A stretch of DNA of 64,000 nt. Source: a virus. Position 1 is the stretch's first letter. Each line of letters begins with the position of its first letter. The position numbers and the translations under genes were made by a program. The notes beneath the pieces were generated by a model. It was not told the origin of the DNA. It ran no database searches and worked only from the letters and a program-made list of their open reading frames with translations. This document shows, one piece after another, positions 53,017 to 61,133 of the stretch. The stretch covers positions 69,091 to 133,090 of the IMG/VR virus record IMGVR_UViG_3300037493_005727, one strand, 5' to 3'.

Positions 53017-53636
53017 TGGCTCGTTACAAGATCGCTGCAGGCGCTGGGTTCGATGCCGCGTACGCTGAAGCGGAACAGGCGCAGGCCCCCGAGGCTCAGC
53101 CCGCTGGGGAGGTGGAATCTGCGGTTCAGCCCCCGCAGCCCACTGCCTCTGAGGGGGTTCACCCGCTGGCCGTGTCCCCGGAGGAAGGGTTGTTCGCAGT
53201 TCCTCAGGAGAAGGTCGTCGGCCAGTGCGTGAAGCTGCTCAAGCTCAAGTACACGATGATGATGATGTACATCAACTACGGTGACCGGATCCGGGCGCAT
53301 TTCCGGGACGTCATCTACGACCACTTCAAAGAGCACGCCGACGAAGAGCGTCAGGACGCCTACCACCTGACGATGAAGATCACGGCGTTGGGCGGGGAGC
53401 CCACTCCGAAGGTGAGCACCATCCCCGACATCAACGACCTGCACCAGATGTTCATGGCTCTTCTTCAGGCGGAGAAGCAGATCATCCAGGAGCTGCGGAA
53501 CCTGTCCCTCATGGCGGGGGAGAATTTGTCACTCAAGGTCATGCTCGAGCAGATGGTCTTCACGGATCAGCAGCACGCGGACGATTTGCGTCGGATGATG
53601 TTCTGCGAAGGAGGCGGCGGTGGAACCGTTCCTTAA
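53016..53636 (+). CDS. ferritin-like four-helix-bundle protein
   Basis: FKEHADEERQDAYHL and MLEQMVFTDQQHADDL give paired E...E-x-x-H-like motifs on predicted helices. Start overlaps the RNAP stop (TAATG). Confidence 0.45.
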   Translation: MARYKIAAGAGFDAAYAEAEQAQAPEAQPAGEVESAVQPPQPTASEGVHPLAVSPEEGLFAVPQEKVVGQCVKLLKLKYTMMMMYINYGDRIRAHFRDVIYDHFKEHADEERQDAYHLTMKITALGGEPTPKVSTIPDINDLHQMFMALLQAEKQIIQELRNLSLMAGENLSLKVMLEQMVFTDQQHADDLRRMMFCEGGGGGTVP

Positions 53637-53778
53637 ACAGGCGTACGAAGAAGGCCAACGCGCCGCGGCAGAAGAGCTTGACCAAAAACTGAAGGACGCC
53701 GTCAAGAAGCGAAAGACGTCGGTGGGCTGGAAAGAGGACTCCGTAGCACCCAACCGATTGTCCAGCGTGAACAAGTAA
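53620..53778 (+). CDS. small hypothetical protein (52 aa, GTG start, below track cutoff)
   Basis: Read by hand: GTG 53620 after GAAGGAGG, VEPFLKQAYEEGQRAAAEELDQKLKDAVKKRKTSVGWKEDSVAPNRLSSVNK, stop TAA 53776-53778. Confidence 0.35.
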   Translation: MEPFLKQAYEEGQRAAAEELDQKLKDAVKKRKTSVGWKEDSVAPNRLSSVNK

Positions 53779-53791
53779 CCTAGGCTCTGCC

Positions 53792-54082
53792 ATGATGAAT
53801 CTTGCGTACCAAGAGGGGAAAGCTCGTGCGGAGGAGGATTTCGGTCTTCGCACGGCCGCTGATGCGTATCAGCGGGGTATCCCTCACGGGGATCAGCGCC
53901 TGCCTGTTGAGCGCTTCGCCAAACATCTCTCTACGATGGACCCGGAAGTCGGCCCCTTGCCGGATGAGCGTAAGAAGCGTTTTGGCAACCCGGTGCGTTG
54001 GGGCGGAGTCACCTCCCCGTATGGAACGGGCGCGCAGTCGAACGACTACTCTAACATTGGACCAGACCAGGCGGCGATATGA
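53792..54082 (+). CDS. hypothetical protein (MxxLAY family, copy 1)
   Basis: MMNLAYQEGKA.... Its N-terminus is paralogous to the next ORF (MISDLAYKSGA...). Confidence 0.45.
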   Translation: MMNLAYQEGKARAEEDFGLRTAADAYQRGIPHGDQRLPVERFAKHLSTMDPEVGPLPDERKKRFGNPVRWGGVTSPYGTGAQSNDYSNIGPDQAAI

Positions 54083-54483
54083 TCAGTGACCTTGCGTACA
54101 AATCGGGCGCCTCTGCGGCCTGGGGAACTTTCATGAAATCTTCGGGCGCCACACCACGTGCGGCCATTCACAGCTTTACGCCTAAGCCCAAACTCGGTAC
54201 CCCCGCTGGTGCGCCACTCGGCGCTGTCGGGTCCCCCGTCGCCCCAGCCCCCGCCGCAGCAGTAGCTCCTCCCGCCGCCGCCGCTCCTCCTGTCGCGCCC
54301 ATCAAGGGCGGCGCCGCCGCTCCGGCAGCAGCGCCAGCAGCGGCAGCGCCCGCAGCAGCAGCCGCGGGTGGGGGTTGGAAGGGGTTCGCACGGGACGCCG
54401 CCGTTCAGATGGCCGTCCCTATCGGGATGATGGGTCTCCAGAAAATCATGGAGCCGTCGCAAAAAGATCCGAACGCCACCTAA
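54079..54483 (+). CDS. Ala/Pro-rich hypothetical protein (MxxLAY family, copy 2)
   Basis: 134 aa with a long poly-Ala/Pro linker. ATGA overlap with the previous ORF. Confidence 0.45.
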   Translation: MISDLAYKSGASAAWGTFMKSSGATPRAAIHSFTPKPKLGTPAGAPLGAVGSPVAPAPAAAVAPPAAAAPPVAPIKGGAAAPAAAPAAAAPAAAAAGGGWKGFARDAAVQMAVPIGMMGLQKIMEPSQKDPNAT

Positions 54484-54489
54484 GGTCTT

Positions 54490-56289
54490 ATGGCGCAAAC
54501 TCTCGGCAAGTACCTTGTAAACGATCTCCTTCCCACCAAGCATCACATCACGGGGACGTTGAACAAGAAGGAGTTCCAGCAGAAGATGCTGGCACTCGCG
54601 CAGGAAGACCCCGCCGGGTACGTCGAGATCGTTTCCAAGCTGAAGTCTCTGGGTGACGACATCTCTACGCTGGAGGGCATCTCAGTAGGGTTGGACGACA
54701 TCACCCCGGCGTACAAATCCCGCGATGCCATCATGGCGCCGGGAATCGCCGCGATGAAGAACGCTGTCGGGCGTGACGCCAAAGAGAAGATCATTCTCGA
54801 CGTACAAAAGAGAATGCTCGAGCACACCAAGGTACACCCGGGGTCAATGACGGCGATGGCGCTCTCTGGGGCGCGTGGAAACATTCCCCAGCTGATGAAG
54901 ACCATCGCATCCCCAGTTGCTACGACTACGGGGAAGGGGGACATCAACCCCTGGCTCATCAGTCGGTCGTACGCCGAGGGCCTCTCCGCGGCTGACCACT
55001 GGGCCGCAGGAAACGAAGCTCGACACAACACCGTCCAGACGTACACCGCCATCGCGGAGCCTGGCGACATGTCGAAGGTCATGACCAACAATATGTACCC
55101 GATGGTCATCACCAAGGACGACTGCGGCACGCACAACGGTTTGGCGATGGACAGTCACGACGGAAACATCGTCGACCGGTACCTTTCACGGGATCAGGCC
55201 GGATACCACCGGAACGACGTCGTGACGAAAGCCGTCGCCTCCAAACTCCAGGCCAAGGTGAAGAAGGTCTACGTCCGCTCACCCATGACTTGCGACGCCA
55301 CCGACGGGATCTGCCGCAAGTGCCAGGGGCTTGATGAGCGGGGGCGCCCTCACGCGATCGGCGTCAACGTTGGCGTTCGAGCTGCTCAATCTATCTCCGA
55401 GCCTCTGACCCAAATGGCTCTCGGGGCCAAGCACGGAATGCGCGTCTTGAAGGGCGCGTCGCCCAAACTGGAAGGCATCGCTGGCATCCGTCAGCTCCTG
55501 GAAGTTCCTCAGAGCTTCATCAACAAGGCGCCTCTAGCTGAACACGCGGGTACGGTGACTAAGATCGTTCCTGCGTCCCATGGCGGAACGCACGTCTACG
55601 TGGACGCGGTGCAGCACTACGCTGGTCCTAACTTGAAAATCCTGGTAACCCCGGGACAGAAAGTCGAGGCAGGCGATGTCCTCTCAGAAGGGATCCCGAA
55701 GCCAGATGAGCTCATTCACCACAAGGGTTTTGGTGCGGGACGACAGTACCTCGTGGACACACTTCATGACATCTATTCCGGTCAAGGAATCAACGTCGAC
55801 AAGCGGCACCTTGAGCTGGTCGCCCGCGCAGACCTCAACCACGTCAAAATTCTCGAGCATTCGGATGAGCACCCTGAGCTCGTAAAGGGGGAGACGCTCC
55901 CCTATTCCACGTACCGTGATGCGGCGCGGAGTCGCAACAAGCTGCTCCCCTTGGCCCAAGCGGAAGGCGCTGTACTCGGTAAAGAGGTTCTTCACTTCAC
56001 CGTAGGTACTCGACTGTCTTCCTCCGTCATCAACACCCTTCGGGCACACGACATCAAGGAAGTTGAAGCGACGTCAACGCTCCCGAGAGTTGAGTTTCTG
56101 ATGCGCCCGATGGCGCGAAATCCTCTCCTGCATCCGGACTGGATGGCGCGACTGGCGCACCGGTACCTGAAAGACAGCCTGCTGCAGGGAGCCCGAACGG
56201 GCGCGGCATCAGACCGCCACAGCACGCACCCAGTACCCGCCTATGCTTACGGCGCTGAATTCGGGATCGGACCTGAGGGGCACTACTGA
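54490..56289 (+). CDS. RNA polymerase beta' subunit, C-terminal half
   Basis: ALSGARGNIPQLMKTI...YAEGLSAADHWAAGNEARHN...VITKDDCGTHNGL aligns with E. coli beta' GARG...FREGL...HGARKG...TEDDCGT (bridge-helix/F-loop region). The downstream trigger-loop-like G-rich segment is also present. Confidence 0.85.
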   Translation: MAQTLGKYLVNDLLPTKHHITGTLNKKEFQQKMLALAQEDPAGYVEIVSKLKSLGDDISTLEGISVGLDDITPAYKSRDAIMAPGIAAMKNAVGRDAKEKIILDVQKRMLEHTKVHPGSMTAMALSGARGNIPQLMKTIASPVATTTGKGDINPWLISRSYAEGLSAADHWAAGNEARHNTVQTYTAIAEPGDMSKVMTNNMYPMVITKDDCGTHNGLAMDSHDGNIVDRYLSRDQAGYHRNDVVTKAVASKLQAKVKKVYVRSPMTCDATDGICRKCQGLDERGRPHAIGVNVGVRAAQSISEPLTQMALGAKHGMRVLKGASPKLEGIAGIRQLLEVPQSFINKAPLAEHAGTVTKIVPASHGGTHVYVDAVQHYAGPNLKILVTPGQKVEAGDVLSEGIPKPDELIHHKGFGAGRQYLVDTLHDIYSGQGINVDKRHLELVARADLNHVKILEHSDEHPELVKGETLPYSTYRDAARSRNKLLPLAQAEGAVLGKEVLHFTVGTRLSSSVINTLRAHDIKEVEATSTLPRVEFLMRPMARNPLLHPDWMARLAHRYLKDSLLQGARTGAASDRHSTHPVPAYAYGAEFGIGPEGHY

Positions 56290-56291
56290 CC

Positions 56292-56756
56292 ATGCGCGAT
56301 CTGAGCCACAGGGCGGGCGTTACCGCGGCGCTGCGAGATTTCGCGGTGGCCAAGTACGCCGGATTCTGGGGCGATGTCGCGTCGTCCGCCCGTCACCAAG
56401 CGTTCGGGCAGCCTGGTGAAGCGCTAAAACAGATTCGCGCCGGGACTCTGTTCAACCCTGAGACGGGGCTGTATCACCACGGGCTTCCCAGATCGCTTGG
56501 AGGTCTAGCAGGCAATCTCGCTGTGCCTCTGGCGCTGACCGCGTTGTTCGCAAAGATGCATCCTGAGGGAAGCCGGGGAGAACTCATCGGCGATATGATT
56601 GGTAGGACGACGGGATCTTTGCTAGGAGCTCCTTTGTTTGGAGCTGTAGGTCAAGTAGGTGGCGGTATGTTGCTTTCGAATGTCGGTCGTGCCCTCGGGC
56701 GCCAATATGACTTGGCGTCAGCACCGCGTAATTCAGAGGTTGCGTCTGAAGAGTGA
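56292..56756 (+). CDS. Gly-rich hypothetical protein
   Basis: 154-aa ORF directly after the beta'-C stop. Confidence 0.4.
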   Translation: MRDLSHRAGVTAALRDFAVAKYAGFWGDVASSARHQAFGQPGEALKQIRAGTLFNPETGLYHHGLPRSLGGLAGNLAVPLALTALFAKMHPEGSRGELIGDMIGRTTGSLLGAPLFGAVGQVGGGMLLSNVGRALGRQYDLASAPRNSEVASEE

Positions 56757-56855
56757 TTTTTCCTATGTTGGCTGTACCGGCGCTGAACGCCCGCAAATTG
56801 TAAAACCACAACCTCTGGCCTACACTCCGGCCATCGTACGAAGGAGCAAAATTTC

Positions 56856-58130
56856 ATGGGTCTCTTTAAGCGTGCAGCAGCCCGAGGCGTAGCACACGAA
56901 CTTGTTCGTCGCGGAGTCATCGCGTTCCCGTCGAAGCAGGCGATGGACGAGGCGGCTGACGCCGTCGCTGACGGTCCTCCTGGCGAGGCCATGCCGGAGA
57001 TGTCCCCCGAGGGCGGTCACTCCCCCGAGGAGCTCGCCACCGTTGCCAACAAGCTGATGGAGATCGCCCACGCTCTGATGGAGCAGGCGGGTGCTTCGGC
57101 TCCTGGCGCTGGCGGGATGCCTCCTGGGATGGAGCATGAAGGCGCCGCTCCTGAAGGCCCTCCCCCGTCACCCGAGGCCGCCAAGGCAGCCATGGATCTG
57201 ACCAAGACCGCCGCGGAGGCGAACTACGAATCGCTGGCAGCGTCTATCGCGGTCGAGTGCATGGAGAAGGCCGCGGCCGAGGTGAAGCAGGCCACTGGTG
57301 GCGCGCTGATTCACGGCGGCGACAAGGGCAATGACGCGGCGCAGGCTGCGACGCACGGCGAAGTGGCCGCACTCGACAAGAAGCAGCGCCCCGAGGGTGC
57401 CTACCACCACGGCGTGGGCAACACCGAGCTGGACACGATGAAGGGCCACATCGGTGACCTGAGCAAGAATCCGAAGGGTCCTGCGAACAGCCCGTCGGGC
57501 AGCAACTCTGTGAGCAGCGACGCAGGCTCAGGCAAAGCTGCAAGCCTGGACGAGCAGCTCAAGAAGATCGCCAACAAGCTGGTTGGCCTGCACGACGGTG
57601 AGGACAAGAACAAGCTCACCGACGCGGCGAAGATCGACACCCTCGCGCAGCTGGACAACAAGAACCGCCCCCAGGGGAAGTACCTGGTCGGCATGGGCAA
57701 CGCGAACTTCTCCGAGCCGCAGACTCATCGCATCGGCCATGAGCAGCCGCACCCCAACGCGCCGAAGAACAGCCCTTCGGGCACCAACTCGGTGATTCAG
57801 GCCTCGAAGACCTCTGAGGAGGACGCGTTCCTGGTGCTCTTCAAGAAGACCGCCGAGGACGTTGGCCCGTACCTCCCCGCGATGAGCGACGACGAGAAGG
57901 TCGCGCACATCTCCAAGATGATCGGCTTCGACCACGACGGACGCCAGGAGTACCTGAACGGTCTCCACAAGACCGCGGGTGGCGATGAGTCGAAGGAGAC
58001 GAAGGCGCACGAGAAGAGCGAGTCGCCCAAATACGAGAAGAAGGAAGAGAAGGGCGAGTCCAAGAAGGAGAGCGCGCTCCTCGGCAAGATCCGTGAAATC
58101 GCCGCCGCGTCTTCAGCCTCGGCGAGCTAA
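56856..58130 (+). CDS. acidic Ala-rich repeat protein (scaffolding-like)
   Basis: 424 aa. Internal repeat KKQRPEGAYHHGVGNTELDTMKGHIGDLSKNPKGPANSPSGSNSV / NKNRPQGKYLVGMGNANFSEPQTHRIGHEQPHPNAPKNSPSGTNSV. GAAGGAG RBS. Its position before a large structural gene suggests a scaffold. Confidence 0.45.
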   Translation: MGLFKRAAARGVAHELVRRGVIAFPSKQAMDEAADAVADGPPGEAMPEMSPEGGHSPEELATVANKLMEIAHALMEQAGASAPGAGGMPPGMEHEGAAPEGPPPSPEAAKAAMDLTKTAAEANYESLAASIAVECMEKAAAEVKQATGGALIHGGDKGNDAAQAATHGEVAALDKKQRPEGAYHHGVGNTELDTMKGHIGDLSKNPKGPANSPSGSNSVSSDAGSGKAASLDEQLKKIANKLVGLHDGEDKNKLTDAAKIDTLAQLDNKNRPQGKYLVGMGNANFSEPQTHRIGHEQPHPNAPKNSPSGTNSVIQASKTSEEDAFLVLFKKTAEDVGPYLPAMSDDEKVAHISKMIGFDHDGRQEYLNGLHKTAGGDESKETKAHEKSESPKYEKKEEKGESKKESALLGKIREIAAASSASAS

Positions 58131-58157
58131 AGCCGCAGCTCCCAACAAGAGGGCCCA

Positions 58158-58198
58158 AAACGGCCGTTGGGTCCTATACTTGGACCTGACGGCCGTTT
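58158..58198 (+). terminator. long stem-loop with TATACTT loop (terminator-like; also carries a CTATACT box)
   Basis: AAACGGCCGTtgGGTCC-TATACTT-GGACCtgACGGCCGTTT gives a 10+5 bp stem with a 2-nt internal loop, immediately followed by CGCTTTACGTGGTAC. It lies 28 nt after the scaffold-like gene stop. Confidence 0.45.
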
Positions 58199-58200
58199 CG

Positions 58201-58213
58201 CTTTACGTGGTAC
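58201..58213 (+). promoter_or_regulatory. CTTTACGTGGTAC box upstream of large structural gene
   Basis: Identical 13-mer to 44968-44980. 24 nt before ATG 58237. Confidence 0.4.
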
Positions 58214-58236
58214 ACTGACCGCTGTAGGAGAATTAC

Positions 58237-61131
58237 ATGCCCGCAATTTCGCCGCGAACACAAGCGATGGGACAGCCTGGTGGGACCAGCGATCAGGCGA
58301 AAGCCATGTTCGACCAAGGCTTGTCGCAGATGGCCTACAACGTTCTGCTGAGCAAGCTGCCCAACGTGGCGCCAGACGTTGTCACCTTCAAGGTTCTGGA
58401 GACAGACCACGAGGAGGGCTCAGGTGTCGGGGCCTTCGTCATCATCCGCCGGGGGCAGACGCTCTACATCCCCGTCGTGATGGCGGACAATCAAATCAAG
58501 CCGCTCGACATCCTGTACTACAAGGATCTCAACGCCTTCATGCCGCTGAGCAAGGAGTGGCTCGAGGAGCTCGACAAGCAGTCGATGGGTGAGCTCGGAA
58601 AGGGCGTGACCCCGCCCAAGACGATGCCGACCGACGTCGACATCCGCAACACCGTCGTTCCGCCCACTACAGGTCGGTACAGCTACGCCGCGGATGCTAC
58701 GGAGAAGGCGGAGGATCTCAAGAAGAAGATGCGCCCGCCGAAGCACGCCATTCCGAAGACGGCGGAGACGGAGACGAAACAGGCCGGTCGCGTCTTTGAC
58801 GAGGCACGCAACCAAGTCGAGCCCAAGCTCGCCTTCCTCGACTTCCTTTCGAAGGCCCCGAACCGTATCAAGAAGGCCGCGGCGAAGATGCTCGAGACCC
58901 GGCCCACCATGCTGAAGCAGGCAGTGTGGTTCTACGGCGAGAGGCCTCTCATCGACGCCCTGAAGCTTGCGGACTACGGCGGTGGGATCAAGAATCACGG
59001 TGGCGCTCTGTACGTCGCCGACGACAAGACGTCTCCTCAGGAGTTCAAGGACATCTTTGGTCCGAAGTCCCCCGCCGCGTTCCAAGGCGTAAAGGTGAAG
59101 GGGTACTACGCCAAGGATGACCGCAAGAAGGTCAACCGCGCCCTGGCGGTCCAGCCGTACCTCGACCTGCATGAGCCGAAGGACTCTGGGGCCTACAAGC
59201 TCTGGAAGAAGGACGGCAGGCCCGTCGTCGCGCTTGTCATCGCGAATCCGATCAACATGTTCGGAGACCCTCAGGGTAAGCGGATTCCTTCGCGCAACAT
59301 CCGTTTCGTCAACCAGTCGGCGGGCCCCGCCAATGAACTGGAAGGGCATAACTCCCGGTACCGCGTGCCTGGGGAGACCGGCTACCGTGATGAGTTCCAC
59401 ATCGATCGGTACATTGGGGTCACTGAAGACGGCGACTTGATTGACTCGACCGATCTCTTGGGCACACAGGTGGCGATGAGCCAGCTCGAAGGGTCCGAGG
59501 TGTTCAAGAAGACGGTCGGCGAAGCCTCGGCCGCTGGCCCTCGTAAGGGACAGAGAGGCATCTTCGTTCAGCGCCGCGGTGCGTCCTTCATCGCGACGGC
59601 TCCCGTGACCATTGAGTCGGTCACTTCAGATTTCGACGGCGGACGTCGTGTTGAGGTGCTGGGCTCCTGGGGCAAGAAGACGCTGGTGACGGACGCCCGC
59701 CACCCCGGCAGCAAGCTGATGATCCCGACGGACAGCGACGTTGTCTACATGCCGAGCAACTTCGTCTGGTTCCCCATCAAGAGTGAGCTCACCCGGAAGG
59801 ACTTCCTCACCACGCCGAAGGACATCTTCAACTGGACCACCGACGCGATGTTGTCGGAGGGCGCCGAGAAGGTGAAGGTGTCGAAGTACACCGGCGAGAA
59901 CGGCTTCAACATCGCAGGGGAGTACGTCGGTGACTTCGTCTCCGCTCTCCGCAAGCTGGCGACCGAAGCCGTCATCCCGGTTGAGGACGCGGAGTTCGCG
60001 CTCAAGACGGCCGCGGAGAAGGGGAACTACTCCTTCTGGATCATCGAGTCGGAGAAGCTCGAGAAGGTGGCGGCGAAGCTCAGCGTGGCTGAGGGGGCGC
60101 CCGAGAAGCAAAAGAAGAAAGGTTTCAAGCACTATCTCGCAGACGGGGTGATGGGCGGCCTGGGGCAGAAGTGGATCGACCACAAAGACGGGACGCGGAC
60201 CTACATCGAGAAGGACGAGTTCTCGCCTGGGGGCTACAAGGTCGCCGCCGAGAAGCAGCCTGAGCAGCCGGATCCCGCCGAGCAGGCGATGATGCAGATG
60301 CAGCAGGCGCAGATGCAGCAGCCGCAGGGCCCTTCGCCCGTCGACATGGCGGTCGCCGAGCAGATGCAGAGCATCCAGAGCCAGATGCAGGCGCTGACCC
60401 AGATGCAGCAGATGGTGCAGACCATTCAGCAGCGGGCGAGCATGATCGCCAGCGGTGGTGGAGCAGGCGCTGCTCCGGCAGCCGCAGCCGCGGCAATGGG
60501 CGGCCCGATGGATCCCTCAATGATGGGGGCGGGCGCACCGGTTCAGGGAATGGGCGGGCAGGACCCCAACGCTCAAGCGCAGCAGGGACAGCCGCAGGGG
60601 CAGCCTCCGCCTGGAATGGGCCAGCCGCAAGGTCAACAGCAGCCCGGACAAGCTCCTGCGGCTGGTCAGCCGGGGATGGACTCCAACGCCGCAGCACAGC
60701 AAGGGCAGGATCCCAATGCCCAGGCTCAGCAGCAGCCTCCGCAGGCGATGATGGCCGCAGACGATGGGTCTGTGGACACCATGCAGTCGCAGGTGAACCC
60801 GCAGTTCATTGAGCAGGCGGGACAGCTCAACGACGCAGGCACCTTCGACGCGGCGGCGCTGTCGTCGATGGCGCAGACTCCTTCTCTCAAGGAGATGGTC
60901 GCGGGCTACCTGCCGAACCTCGAGAAGTCTCTCGACAACCTGGGCCGGGTGCTCCTCACGCTCTGGATGGACGAGATGCGTATCAAGGGTGACATCGGTG
61001 ACGACGCGTTCATCGCTCTGGAAGACAATCTGCGCTCGACATTCCGCGGCATGGGTGATTTGATTCTGAAGATCAACCAGAACACATTGGTTCTCCGGGA
61101 ACAGCACGAACACAGCGCCTACCAAGGGTGA
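58237..61131 (+). CDS. large virion structural protein with Gln/Met/Pro-rich low-complexity region
   Basis: 964 aa with a GGAG RBS. Residues ~690-830 are a QMQQ / PQGQ low-complexity tract. The opposite-strand ORFs are Arg/Leu-rich artefacts. Specific role (capsid, portal or other) is not resolvable from sequence alone. Confidence 0.55.
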   Translation: MPAISPRTQAMGQPGGTSDQAKAMFDQGLSQMAYNVLLSKLPNVAPDVVTFKVLETDHEEGSGVGAFVIIRRGQTLYIPVVMADNQIKPLDILYYKDLNAFMPLSKEWLEELDKQSMGELGKGVTPPKTMPTDVDIRNTVVPPTTGRYSYAADATEKAEDLKKKMRPPKHAIPKTAETETKQAGRVFDEARNQVEPKLAFLDFLSKAPNRIKKAAAKMLETRPTMLKQAVWFYGERPLIDALKLADYGGGIKNHGGALYVADDKTSPQEFKDIFGPKSPAAFQGVKVKGYYAKDDRKKVNRALAVQPYLDLHEPKDSGAYKLWKKDGRPVVALVIANPINMFGDPQGKRIPSRNIRFVNQSAGPANELEGHNSRYRVPGETGYRDEFHIDRYIGVTEDGDLIDSTDLLGTQVAMSQLEGSEVFKKTVGEASAAGPRKGQRGIFVQRRGASFIATAPVTIESVTSDFDGGRRVEVLGSWGKKTLVTDARHPGSKLMIPTDSDVVYMPSNFVWFPIKSELTRKDFLTTPKDIFNWTTDAMLSEGAEKVKVSKYTGENGFNIAGEYVGDFVSALRKLATEAVIPVEDAEFALKTAAEKGNYSFWIIESEKLEKVAAKLSVAEGAPEKQKKKGFKHYLADGVMGGLGQKWIDHKDGTRTYIEKDEFSPGGYKVAAEKQPEQPDPAEQAMMQMQQAQMQQPQGPSPVDMAVAEQMQSIQSQMQALTQMQQMVQTIQQRASMIASGGGAGAAPAAAAAAMGGPMDPSMMGAGAPVQGMGGQDPNAQAQQGQPQGQPPPGMGQPQGQQQPGQAPAAGQPGMDSNAAAQQGQDPNAQAQQQPPQAMMAADDGSVDTMQSQVNPQFIEQAGQLNDAGTFDAAALSSMAQTPSLKEMVAGYLPNLEKSLDNLGRVLLTLWMDEMRIKGDIGDDAFIALEDNLRSTFRGMGDLILKINQNTLVLREQHEHSAYQG

Positions 61132-61133
61132 GC

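Noticed and set aside
58420-59400. 326-aa minus-strand ORF, and similar ones at 59626..60183 and 60517..61179
   Set aside because: Leu/Arg/Val-rich shadows inside the 964-aa structural gene.
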